This document shows, one piece after another, positions 9,276-18,574 of a DNA stretch of 64,000 nt; the first letter of the stretch is position 1; each line of letters opens with the position of its first letter. This DNA is from Candidatus Bathyarchaeota archaeon (lineage in GTDB: Archaea; Thermoproteota; Bathyarchaeia; Bathyarchaeales; Bathycorpusculaceae). The position numbers and the translations under genes are program-made. The stretch covers positions 64,001 to 128,000 of the forward strand of contig CAWAKC010000007.1 of assembly GCA_963782525.1 (NCBI GenBank), given 5' to 3'. A model generated the notes under the pieces. That model was not told the origin of the DNA. It made no database searches and saw nothing but the letters and a program-made list of their open reading frames with translations.

Positions 9276-10526
9276 GTGGCGACCATTTTGGTAAAACTGA
9301 AAGGATTCCGAAAACTGACATTAATAGACCAAGCCCTACAAATCTGGTTTGACGCGCTGAAGATTGGCAAACCCAAAGTGACACAGGTTCCGCTGAATCA
9401 GGCTCTTAACTGTGTTTTAGCTGAAGACCTCTTTGCGCAGGAGGCTTTGCCACGCTTTGACAAGTCAGCTATGGATGGCTACGCTGTGAAGTCGGCTGAT
9501 TTGACAGGTGCATCGCAATCTAAGCCCATGGTCCTTAAGTTAACCCAAGCAGACCAGATTGACACTAAGCAGGCTAAGCAGGTTTGGACAGGAAACCCCA
9601 TACCCAAAGGCGTAGACGCCGTCGTCATGCTGGAGAACACCGAGAAACATGGCGAAGAGGTGGAGGTTTGGAGTCAACTTGCGCCGTGGACTAACGTTTC
9701 TAAGGTCGGAGAAGACCTGAAAGTGGGCGACCTTGTGGTTAAAGCTGGCAACCGATTGAACCCTTACCATTTGGGCTTAGCCGCTGCGTTGGGCAATTTG
9801 CAGTTGAAGGTTGCGGAGAAGCCTAAAGTCGCCGTCATAGCCACTGGCAACGAAATAGTTGAAGTCGGATCAGAACGCGCAAGTAACCAAATTTACGATT
9901 CAAACAAAACTATGGTTGCATCCATGTGCCATGAACTAGGTGCAGAAATAAGCGACCTCGGCATCGCAAAAGATAACATCGACGAAATCGCAGAAAAAAT
10001 CCGAGCAGCCCTCAAAACCCACGACGCCATCATCACTACAGGAGGAACCAGTGTCGGAGGCTTAGATTTGGTGCCAGACGCCGTTAACAAGTTGGGTAAA
10101 CCAGGCGTCATCGTTCACGGTGTTGCGTTGCGTCCAGCGATGCCTACAGCCGTTGGGATGCTGGAGGGCAAGCCCGTTTTGATTTTGTCGGGGAACCCTG
10201 TTGCCGCGGTGATTGGGTTTGAAGTTTTCGGCAGACCCCTAATCTGCAAGATGCTCGGCATGGACAGAGAAGAGCCAAGACCTATCGTTAAAGCGGTTTT
10301 GGCAAGAAGAGTCACGAGTGTGTTGGGAAGAAAAACCTACGTTCGAGTTCGAGTTACAACAAAGGATGGCGAGTTGTTTGCTGAACCAGTAAGCTCGAAG
10401 GGTTCAGGCTCCATATCCACCATGACCCAGAGCAACGGATACGTTGTGGTTCCAGAGAACCGCGAAGGCGTCGCTGATGGCGAAACGGTAATCGTCCAAA
10501 TGTTTGGCATCGTGGAGGTTGCGTAA
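9276..10526 (+). CDS. moeA: Molybdopterin molybdotransferase MoeA paralogue 1
   Basis: SAMDGYA, TGNE, TTGGTSVG, LSGNP. Confidence 0.93.
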   Translation: MATILVKLKGFRKLTLIDQALQIWFDALKIGKPKVTQVPLNQALNCVLAEDLFAQEALPRFDKSAMDGYAVKSADLTGASQSKPMVLKLTQADQIDTKQAKQVWTGNPIPKGVDAVVMLENTEKHGEEVEVWSQLAPWTNVSKVGEDLKVGDLVVKAGNRLNPYHLGLAAALGNLQLKVAEKPKVAVIATGNEIVEVGSERASNQIYDSNKTMVASMCHELGAEISDLGIAKDNIDEIAEKIRAALKTHDAIITTGGTSVGGLDLVPDAVNKLGKPGVIVHGVALRPAMPTAVGMLEGKPVLILSGNPVAAVIGFEVFGRPLICKMLGMDREEPRPIVKAVLARRVTSVLGRKTYVRVRVTTKDGELFAEPVSSKGSGSISTMTQSNGYVVVPENREGVADGETVIVQMFGIVEVA

Positions 10527-10528
10527 AG

Positions 10529-11779
10529 GTGTTTAGGAAACTGTTGACGTTTGAGGAAGCGCAAAAAAAAATCGACGAACAATTCAAACCTGTTTTTCTG
10601 GGTGAAGAGGAAGCCGTGCTCTTGGAAGCTTACAACCGCGTGCTTAACGAAGATGTGGTTTCGACGCTGGATATTCCGCCTTTTAACCGTTCAACCATGG
10701 ATGGCTACGCAGTGAAAGCCGAAGACACATTTGAAGCTGACGAAAATACGCCTGCAACGTTGAAGGTTTCTGGCGCCGTCAACATCGGTGAACCTCCAAA
10801 CGTCAAGGTTGGGAAGGGCGAAGCCGTCGAAATCGTTACTGGCGCTCCGATTCCTGAAGGCGCAGACGCAGTCGTTATGATTGAGGACACTCAGCGTGAA
10901 GATGCCGATTTGCAGGTTTTTGGAGCCGTCACTTCGGGCGAAAACGTGATGAAGAAGGGCTCTGACTTAAAAAAAGGCGTTTTGGTGCTCAAGAAAGGGG
11001 TGGTTTTGGGTTCCAGCGAAATCGGCGTTTTAGCCGCACTGGGTTTGACCAAAGTTAAGGTTCTCAAAATTCCCATGGTTGTAGTCATCTCTACAGGTGC
11101 AGAAGTCACGGAACCCGGCAAACCGTTGCCACCGGGAAAAATCTACGACATCAACGCCTACAGCATCAGCACAGCCGTAATCGAAAGCGGCGGCAAACCA
11201 GTGTACTTCGGCGTGGTCCCAGACGACAAAGCCGCATTAGCAAAGGCAATGCAGACCGCAGTGGCTTCAGCCGACATGGTAATAACTTCAGGCGGCGTTT
11301 CCGTTGGTCCCCGCGATTACACTCCCCAAATCGTGGATTCGCTGGGCAAACCAGGCATCGTAGTTTATGGAATCGCCGTGAAACCCGGTAAACCCACAAC
11401 CGTCGGTTTCGTAGGCGACAAACCCATCTTTTCATTGCCAGGTCACCCAACATCAGCTCTTCTGATTTTCTATTTACTTGCAAGACCCCTAATTTTGCGG
11501 TTAGCTGGTCGACCAGTGGGCGCAATGAGGATGGTTCGAGCGTTTGCTGGATCAAGGATGTTTAGTGCAAAGGGTAGGCGAACCTTTGTGATGGTGCGTT
11601 TAGAGTTTGACAAGAACTGCCGATTAATCGCTGAACCAGTTGAATCAGGTGCTTCAGGTGCAATCACCACGTTGGCGAATGCTGATGGATTTGTGGAAAT
11701 AGCTGAGAACGAACAATTTATCGATGTTGACCAGGAAGTCGCGGTTATGCTGTTCCGTGGTTCCGCCGCAAAAGCTTAG
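10529..11779 (+). CDS. moeA: Molybdopterin molybdotransferase MoeA paralogue 2
   Basis: STMDGYA, TSGGVSVG, VKPGKP, LPGHP. Confidence 0.93.
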   Translation: MFRKLLTFEEAQKKIDEQFKPVFLGEEEAVLLEAYNRVLNEDVVSTLDIPPFNRSTMDGYAVKAEDTFEADENTPATLKVSGAVNIGEPPNVKVGKGEAVEIVTGAPIPEGADAVVMIEDTQREDADLQVFGAVTSGENVMKKGSDLKKGVLVLKKGVVLGSSEIGVLAALGLTKVKVLKIPMVVVISTGAEVTEPGKPLPPGKIYDINAYSISTAVIESGGKPVYFGVVPDDKAALAKAMQTAVASADMVITSGGVSVGPRDYTPQIVDSLGKPGIVVYGIAVKPGKPTTVGFVGDKPIFSLPGHPTSALLIFYLLARPLILRLAGRPVGAMRMVRAFAGSRMFSAKGRRTFVMVRLEFDKNCRLIAEPVESGASGAITTLANADGFVEIAENEQFIDVDQEVAVMLFRGSAAKA

Positions 11780-12123
11780 TCTTTGCGTTTCAGCAAAAGA
11801 TAGGCTGTAAAGATCAATGTTAATATGAAGTAGCCAAGCATGCTTAAGCCAACTAATAGGTTGCTGAAGCCTGCTGAAGCGAGGGTAACGATTGTGAAAC
11901 CCGTGATGGTTATAAATAGGATAGCGAATAGCCAAGGTGCCCAAGCCCTTTTCAAGAAGAGGCTGTAGGCAGTTATGAGGCTAAGGATTCCTAAGAAGCC
12001 AACATGCGGTGGATAACCCGTCAACGGCAACGTAACTAGGAGGATTAAGCCTGTGAGCGCAAAGAACCCTAAGGATAATAGTTCAAGGGGCTTGAAGTTT
12101 TTTAGTTTAGTTGCGAGGGACAC
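11776..12123 (-). CDS. Small 4-TM hypothetical membrane protein
   Basis: 115 aa, four hydrophobic segments, fills the gap between convergent genes. Confidence 0.7.
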   Translation of the reverse strand: MSLATKLKNFKPLELLSLGFFALTGLILLVTLPLTGYPPHVGFLGILSLITAYSLFLKRAWAPWLFAILFITITGFTIVTLASAGFSNLLVGLSMLGYFILTLIFTAYLLLKRKD

Positions 12124-12268
12124 AGATTCTTCGCCTTTACCTTATGCAGTATGGGATTAATTAATAAATTTAATGTATTTGGCTAGACCCAATTAGTTTA
12201 CTGCCTTAAAGAAAAGTTATCAGTTAACCCTGGCGTTTGCACGAAAAAAACTTGGTTTTTTTGGCCAC

Positions 12269-12916
12269 TTGCATCTCTTGTGTGCGAATGTAGCTCAGGA
12301 TTCTTATATTTTAACATGCATAATAGATTTTGAGGCTGATAGAACGGCTGAATCGGCAGTGGTTTACACGATTGGGCACTCCACGCGAACGCTCAAGGAA
12401 TTCGTGCAGTTACTCGAAGCTTACGGCATAATTTTACTGGTAGACGTGCGAACCGTTCCCCGTTCACGACACAATCCACAGTTCAATAAAGAAACTCTGC
12501 CCACCAGCCTTAAGCACTACGGCATCAGATACATCCACATGCCCGAAATCGGCGGCTTACGACACCCAAAACGCGACTCCATCAACTTAGCATGGGAAAA
12601 CAGCGGCTTCCGCGGATACGCCGACTACATGCAAACCCAAGAATTCACCGACAACCTCCTAAAAATTGTGGCTTTGGCGCGGGAGAACTGTTTGGCGTTG
12701 ATGTGCGCGGAAGCGTTGCCCTGGCGGTGCCACCGAAACCTACTCTCCGATGCCCTCGTAGTACACCACTTAAAAGTGGAACACATAATCGGCAAAGACA
12801 GCACCATCAACCACCAACTCACCGAATTTGCACATGTGGAAGGAACAAAAATCACCTATCCATTATTCAGTAAAGAAACGCCGCAGCGAACACTTGGAGA
12901 TTTTGGCTCAGCCTGA
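12269..12916 (+). CDS. DUF488 family protein; true start probably 12344-12359
   Basis: YTIGHS, VDVRTVPRS, GGLR, LMCAE...CHR. Confidence 0.88.
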   Translation: MHLLCANVAQDSYILTCIIDFEADRTAESAVVYTIGHSTRTLKEFVQLLEAYGIILLVDVRTVPRSRHNPQFNKETLPTSLKHYGIRYIHMPEIGGLRHPKRDSINLAWENSGFRGYADYMQTQEFTDNLLKIVALARENCLALMCAEALPWRCHRNLLSDALVVHHLKVEHIIGKDSTINHQLTEFAHVEGTKITYPLFSKETPQRTLGDFGSA

Positions 12917-12920
12917 TTTT

Positions 12921-14267
12921 TTATTGTTTTTGTAGTTTTGCTATGAAGAAGCCGTTGCATTGGTGGATATGTGGGTAGAGACGTTGGCATTTAGTTAAAC
13001 CGTTTAAGCCGGGCATTCCGATTTTGGGTTCAATTTCTGCCAGCGTAAATTCTGGGTGTTCTTTTAAGAACCGCTCGATTATGCCTTCGTTCTCTTCCAG
13101 TGTTATACTGCAGGTTGAGTAAGCTAAAACTCCGCCTGCTGCGACTTTTTCGGCGCAGTTGTTAATCATTTGCCACTGGAGCTCTGACATGTTGCGGATT
13201 GAGTTGGGGCTCAGACGCCACTTTGCTGAGGGTTGCTTTGCAAATACTCCTGTGCTGGTGCATGGAGGATCCAAAATCACAAGGTCCGCTTCACCGACTA
13301 AAGGCACAGATATTGAGACATCAGCCACTATAGGTTCTGCATTTTTAGTTCCCATGCGAACGGTTTCTTTTTTCCATGTTTTCATGCGTTTAGCCGAGAA
13401 ATCCACCGAGATGATTGAGCCTTGATTTCCCATAAGTTGAGCTATGAAGGTTGTTTTGGCACCTGGAGCCGCACAGATGTCAAACACGGTGTTGCCCGGT
13501 TTGGGGTTTGCGGCTTGGGTTGCAAAGCAACTGGCTTTATCTTGGACGTAGAATAGGCCTTCTGCGTAGCTTGGCAGGGCGTTTAATGGTTTTTTGGATG
13601 ATAAAACTTTGTAAGTATAGTTGAGAGGAACCGATTTTTCGAGTTCGACGCCTTCTGCTTTGAGCTTTTCCAAGGTTGCTTCTTCGGGTGCGGCTAAGGT
13701 GTTGATTCGGACGTAACCAGGCGGCGCCTTCTTGCTGCCATTCAAGAATGCTATGGCTTCGTCATGCCCAAAGAGCTTGAAGCAATATTCCACGAACCAT
13801 AATGGATGAAAAGTTTGCAGACTAACCTTCTCCGCTTCATTTGCGGCTTCCATAATTGGCGCTAATTTTTTAGTAAGCAAGAAGCCTAAAATGCCTTCCA
13901 CTTCTCGCATAGTTTGCCAGCCCAATATTGCTCTACCCATACCTGCGACGTTTTCGGCTTCTTTGAGGTTCATTTTATCCCAGTTTTTAATAACACGCGT
14001 CTGGTAAACGTACAGGCGCAGAAAAGCTTGGATGCCCATGGTGTATTCGCCCATGTTTTTGGGCGCAACCACCGCGTTGATGAATTTGTCGATGAGGTTT
14101 TTTCTTCTTTCTGTCTCAACGACTAAGCCGTAGGCGAAGCGTATTGCGCTTGGATCTTTGACGCCGAGTTGCTTAATGGTCCGCATCAGAGCTGAACGCT
14201 CGTTTAGTCGGCGCATTTCTATCCAACTGAGAGTCTCTATGGCAACAGTCCAAGCGTCCCGCAACAA
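12921..14267 (-). CDS. RsmB/NOL1/NOP2 RNA m5C methyltransferase
   Basis: VQDKAS, DICAAPGAKT, LDPPCTSTG, YSTCSITLEENE. Confidence 0.93.
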   Translation of the reverse strand: MLRDAWTVAIETLSWIEMRRLNERSALMRTIKQLGVKDPSAIRFAYGLVVETERRKNLIDKFINAVVAPKNMGEYTMGIQAFLRLYVYQTRVIKNWDKMNLKEAENVAGMGRAILGWQTMREVEGILGFLLTKKLAPIMEAANEAEKVSLQTFHPLWFVEYCFKLFGHDEAIAFLNGSKKAPPGYVRINTLAAPEEATLEKLKAEGVELEKSVPLNYTYKVLSSKKPLNALPSYAEGLFYVQDKASCFATQAANPKPGNTVFDICAAPGAKTTFIAQLMGNQGSIISVDFSAKRMKTWKKETVRMGTKNAEPIVADVSISVPLVGEADLVILDPPCTSTGVFAKQPSAKWRLSPNSIRNMSELQWQMINNCAEKVAAGGVLAYSTCSITLEENEGIIERFLKEHPEFTLAEIEPKIGMPGLNGLTKCQRLYPHIHQCNGFFIAKLQKQ

Positions 14268-14470
14268 ATCAATTCACAGCAATGAAAAACACGGGCATCC
14301 TAATAAGAATTCAAAATGGCAGCCATGTTACAGCATGGTAATAGCTACGTAGTTTTTTAATTATTCGTGCTATACCATTCGTTCTCCTCTGAAAAACCCT
14401 TCTCTATGGAGGCAAGTTTTTTGTCGAGAAGACGAAACCGAAACGAGGTCACGAACATAACAAAGGAAAG

Positions 14471-14566
14471 ATGACGCCTCAGGAAACGGGCAAATTGGGC
14501 GGTGCAAAGGGTGGTCCAAGAGTCCGTGAACTCATCAAAGAAAGAAAAAAACTTGAAGACGAATAA
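14471..14566 (+). CDS. Tiny KGG-motif (GsiB/Em-like) stress protein, possibly 5'-frameshifted
   Basis: My translation MTPQETGKLGGAKGGPRVRELIKERKKLEDE; below the ORF track cutoff. Confidence 0.6.
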   Translation: MTPQETGKLGGAKGGPRVRELIKERKKLEDE

Positions 14567-14637
14567 GTGCGTTACAAAACTGTCGCACTCAATTGCTTAA
14601 GCCACTTTTCCTTTTTCTTTAGTTAAAGGGATAAAAA

Positions 14638-14778
14638 TTGAGTCAAATCACCAAACGTAAGAGCACACCTCAAACAAGAGCAGGACAATATATGTGTCCA
14701 GAATGCGGCGAAATCTTTAACACAAAAAAAGAAGTTGACCGCCACCTGTACATTATGCACGAAGTCCAAATCAACTAA
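14638..14778 (+). CDS. 46-aa single C2H2 zinc-finger protein
   Basis: TTG start; MSQITKRKSTPQTRAGQYMCPECGEIFNTKKEVDRHLYIMHEVQIN fits YxCxxCxxxFx8Hx4H. Confidence 0.7.
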   Translation: MSQITKRKSTPQTRAGQYMCPECGEIFNTKKEVDRHLYIMHEVQIN

Positions 14779-14826
14779 AAGCTCCTTGGGCAAAAGCCCC
14801 AAATTGATGATTTTTGGAGCTTTTAG
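14775..14826. terminator. Inverted repeat / nested hairpin after the C2H2 gene
   Basis: Perfect 11-bp inverted repeat CTAAAAGCTCC / GGAGCTTTTAG enclosing a smaller TTGGGC-AAAA-GCCCCAA stem. Confidence 0.45.
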
Positions 14827-14925
14827 CGGCAGATTCTGGTGCTTTATTCATTGGTAAGTTTGTGTTTTTTTAGTCACTAAGGTTTTTAGTCTCATTGTTC
14901 CATATAGAGACAAGGTTAACTGGGG

Positions 14926-17652
14926 ATGGCGCGAACCAATTCGTTAGATGCTTACTTCGGCAGTGTACCAGCTAAATCAGCCCTTAAAGTGGAGGTTAAA
15001 GCGCAAGCTCCAGCTAAACCAAGCGAAGTTAAGGAACCTGTGATGGTTAAGCCCAGGAAGCGGGGTCAGCGCCAACCTTATCCTCCAGTTTGCCCCGAAA
15101 ACCTGGCTCCATCTTACTTTGTCTCAGCATCTTATGATGGACGCCAAAAGAAGGCGATAATCAAACTCTACGAGCCGGAATCGGGACAAATTTATTTTTG
15201 GTACGACAACACGGGTCACAAACCCTATTGTTTAACCAACCTCACACCTTATGAACTAAACAAAATCGAAAGCTTAACCCATCATGAAGGCTTTGACAGC
15301 CTTGAAGTCACCGAAAGATACGACCCCCTGCAAAACCAGCATATCAAAGTTACAAAGATAATCGCTAAAGATCCCCTGGCAATCGGCGGGCGACCGCAAG
15401 GAACCATCCGAGACCTCGTGCCAGAAAATTACCCCAGAGTCTGCGAAACCCACATCGAACCATCAGACATCAAAATTTGGGAATCCAAAATCAAATACTA
15501 CCAATCCTACATCTACGATAAGCAACTGCAGCCAGGCATGATTTACGAGGTAAAAGACGGCAACCTGGTGCCGAAAGTACTAGAGGTTGCAACTGAAAAC
15601 CTTAACAAAATCAGAAGCCTGTTTAAAGAATGCAGCGAGGAGGAACGCGAGTATGCGGAGATGTGGGCTAAACTGCTTGAGTATCCCGCGCCCAAGTTTC
15701 GCCGGGCAGCCATAGACATCGAAGTTCTGTCGCCTCTATCTACGAGAATGCCCGATGCGCGTGAAGGCGCCTGCCCTGTGATTGCCTGCTCAGTGTACAG
15801 TTCCGACGGCGAAAAAAGGGTGCTTGTCCTCAGACGCGAAGGATTATGTGAGGGTAACGTGCATTTAGCCCCAGACATCGAGGTCGAGTACTGCGAAACC
15901 GAAGAAGACCTCCTGCGCAAAGTGTTCGATGTACTGTGCGATTACCCCTTCATCTTAACTTTTAACGGCGACGACTTTGACCTCCGATACCTAGCTCACA
16001 GAGCTGCAAACCTGGGCTTCAGCAAACGTGATATTCCAATAGAAATTGGCAAACGCACCTGCAGCCTCAAGTACGGCATCCACATCGACCTCTACAAGTT
16101 CTTCTTCAACCGCAGCATCCAAATCTACGCTTACGGTGGACGTTACAAAGATGTAAGCCTCGGAGACGTAGGCAACGCACTTTTAGGTGTAGAAAAAATC
16201 CATTTAGAAAAAACATTCGGCGACCTCAACTACAGTGAACTCGCAGCCTACTGTTTGCGCGACTCGGAAATCACGTATAAACTGACGAGTTTTGAAGACG
16301 ACAGCGCCATGAAACTCATCCTGGTGCTCTCCAGAATCAGCAGTATGCCCATGGAGGACGTGAGCCGCCAAGGAGTCAGCCGCTGGATACGCAACTTTAT
16401 GCACCGTGAACACCGCAAACGCGGCATGCTCATTCCCAACGGCGAAGACATCTTGACCAAGAAGGGCAAGACCACCTCCACCGCCGTGATTAAGGGCAAA
16501 AAGTATAAGGGCGCAATAGTCGTGGAACCCACGCCCGGCGTTCATTTTAACGTGGCTGTTATGGACTTTCCCAGCCTGTACCCGTCAATCATCAAAGTCT
16601 GGAATCTAGGTTATCAGTCCATCTGCTGCGAACACCCCGGCTGCAGAAGCCATATGATACCTGACACTCCACATTGGGTCTGCACCGAGAAACGCGCATT
16701 AGAAAGTCTGCTGATCGGTTCGCTACGGGATCTGCGGGTGCGCTGGTACAAGAGCCGCGCCAAAGACAAGTCGCTACCGCCTGAACTGCGCAGCTGGTAC
16801 AACATCACCCAGGGAGCGCTAAAAGTCATTTTGAACGCGAGCTACGGCGTTTTCGGCGCAGACAGCTTCGATCTCTATTGCCCACCAGTCGCAGAAGCCA
16901 CAGCAGCCATCGGCAGATACAGCATCACCCAAATCCTCAACCATGCCAAAACCGTGGGCATCCAGGTACTCTACGGCGACACCGACAGCTTATTCCTAAA
17001 AAACCCCACAAAAGAACAAATCGAAGACGTCGTCCACTACACCGAACATGAACTAGGCATGGGCATTGACGTCGACAAAACATACCGCTATGCAGTTTTT
17101 AGTTCCCGAAAGAAAAACTACCTTGGCGTCCTCGAAGACGGCACAGTTGACGTAAAAGGGTTAACGGGCAAGAAAAAACACATACCGAACTTCATCAAAG
17201 GCGCCTTCAACATGATGAAAGACAGGCTGGCAAAAGTTAAGAACCCCGAAGATTTCGAGAAAGCCAGAAAAGACATCGCCAACATAGTGCGCGAACGCTA
17301 CAACATCCTTAAACGGCGCGAATGGGGCGACATGAGCGAACTCGCCTTTCATGTAGTTTTAGGCGATGAAGTTGCAAGCTACACTAAAACGACGCCTCAG
17401 CACGTGAAAGCCGCTAAAATTCTGCAGGCAAGCGGCAAGGAACTGCGTGCGGGCGACCTGATAAGCTTCGTTAAAGTCAACAGCAACAAAGACCACGTGA
17501 AACCCGTCGAGTTGGCTTCGAGAAACGAAGTGGACGTTGACAAGTACATCGCGTATTTGCAGTCTACTTTCGATCAGGTTTTGGATGCGTTGGGCTTGAA
17601 TTTTGAGGAGATTATCGGGTTGACTAGGCTTGAAAGTTTCCTTGGAGCTTAA
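14926..17652 (+). CDS. polB1: Family B DNA polymerase, PolB1 type
   Basis: DIE, FNGDDFD, DFPSLYPS, KVILNASYG, YGDTDS; N-terminal DNTGHKPY of PolB1; no intein. Confidence 0.95.
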   Translation: MARTNSLDAYFGSVPAKSALKVEVKAQAPAKPSEVKEPVMVKPRKRGQRQPYPPVCPENLAPSYFVSASYDGRQKKAIIKLYEPESGQIYFWYDNTGHKPYCLTNLTPYELNKIESLTHHEGFDSLEVTERYDPLQNQHIKVTKIIAKDPLAIGGRPQGTIRDLVPENYPRVCETHIEPSDIKIWESKIKYYQSYIYDKQLQPGMIYEVKDGNLVPKVLEVATENLNKIRSLFKECSEEEREYAEMWAKLLEYPAPKFRRAAIDIEVLSPLSTRMPDAREGACPVIACSVYSSDGEKRVLVLRREGLCEGNVHLAPDIEVEYCETEEDLLRKVFDVLCDYPFILTFNGDDFDLRYLAHRAANLGFSKRDIPIEIGKRTCSLKYGIHIDLYKFFFNRSIQIYAYGGRYKDVSLGDVGNALLGVEKIHLEKTFGDLNYSELAAYCLRDSEITYKLTSFEDDSAMKLILVLSRISSMPMEDVSRQGVSRWIRNFMHREHRKRGMLIPNGEDILTKKGKTTSTAVIKGKKYKGAIVVEPTPGVHFNVAVMDFPSLYPSIIKVWNLGYQSICCEHPGCRSHMIPDTPHWVCTEKRALESLLIGSLRDLRVRWYKSRAKDKSLPPELRSWYNITQGALKVILNASYGVFGADSFDLYCPPVAEATAAIGRYSITQILNHAKTVGIQVLYGDTDSLFLKNPTKEQIEDVVHYTEHELGMGIDVDKTYRYAVFSSRKKNYLGVLEDGTVDVKGLTGKKKHIPNFIKGAFNMMKDRLAKVKNPEDFEKARKDIANIVRERYNILKRREWGDMSELAFHVVLGDEVASYTKTTPQHVKAAKILQASGKELRAGDLISFVKVNSNKDHVKPVELASRNEVDVDKYIAYLQSTFDQVLDALGLNFEEIIGLTRLESFLGA

Positions 17653-17656
17653 CGGT

Positions 17657-18550
17657 TTATAGAAGCTGGATTATTGCTCCCAACAGCGTGAAGAGCGCAA
17701 CTATGGCTACGATTATTTGTACTATTCGTCTTTCGGTTAAGGGGCGATGGAAACATATTATTGTTACAAGGCTTTTTCTTGCGTCAGAGCTGAGTTTTTC
17801 TCCGTCGAATTTGACTCCTGCACGTTTGTGCGTGAAGAATACAGCGAGCAAAATGATTGCTGAGTTAAAGATGTAGGGCAAGAGGGATATTAACAAGGAA
17901 ACTTTCAGGTCAGAGATCACTGCAAACGAGGCTATTGTTAGGCCGATGGCAAATGACCCTACGTTACCTACAAAAATTTTGCCTCGCACATTGAAGTATG
18001 CTAAAATTAGCCAGAAGAATAAGGGTCCAACCATGAGTGTGTAAGAGGGTGAAAACGCCATCAAGCCCAAGATGACTATGGCTGGGCACACGCTTTCTAA
18101 ACCATTTAAGCCTCCAAGCTGGTTAACCGTGTTTGTGACAATCATGACGATAAGCGGGACAATCAGCAAAACGTAATAAGCACCAAAATGCAAAGTTCCC
18201 AGAAATGGTAAAGATATTGAAGTTCTTATAGCTCCAATTTGTAGACCCTCAAACGTATAATACATCAGCGGTAGGGCTGCGATCAGGGGCATGAACGCTT
18301 TATAGCGCCACTTCAGATCCATAAAATCGTCAAGGAGTCCCATAAAGCCTCCGAACAGTATGCACACTGCAAATGTCAAAGCGGCTGAGGCGCCGTTCAC
18401 TGAGTTGTCTAAACCTAAAGTGAAAACTCTATTCAAAAAGTAAATCGAGAAAAGATAAACTGTGGTGGTTAGGACGAAAAAAACGCCTAACCCATTTGGG
18501 ATTAAGGGTCGACCAACTTTGTGCTGATCGGGAACCTTAGGGAAAGGCAA
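17657..18550 (-). CDS. aglH: UDP-GlcNAc:dolichyl-phosphate GlcNAc-1-P transferase (AglH/Alg7/MraY family)
   Basis: DQHK..P.IP, GLLDD, NTVNQLGGLNGLE, KIFVGNVGS; directly downstream of aglB. Confidence 0.8.
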   Translation of the reverse strand: MPFPKVPDQHKVGRPLIPNGLGVFFVLTTTVYLFSIYFLNRVFTLGLDNSVNGASAALTFAVCILFGGFMGLLDDFMDLKWRYKAFMPLIAALPLMYYTFEGLQIGAIRTSISLPFLGTLHFGAYYVLLIVPLIVMIVTNTVNQLGGLNGLESVCPAIVILGLMAFSPSYTLMVGPLFFWLILAYFNVRGKIFVGNVGSFAIGLTIASFAVISDLKVSLLISLLPYIFNSAIILLAVFFTHKRAGVKFDGEKLSSDARKSLVTIICFHRPLTERRIVQIIVAIVALFTLLGAIIQLL

Positions 18551-18574
18551 AGTTGTTTCCTGCTATTCTGTTTA

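Noticed and set aside
14926-17652. Possible intein or inactivated polymerase
   Set aside because: Length is normal for PolB1 and all catalytic motifs are intact and uninterrupted
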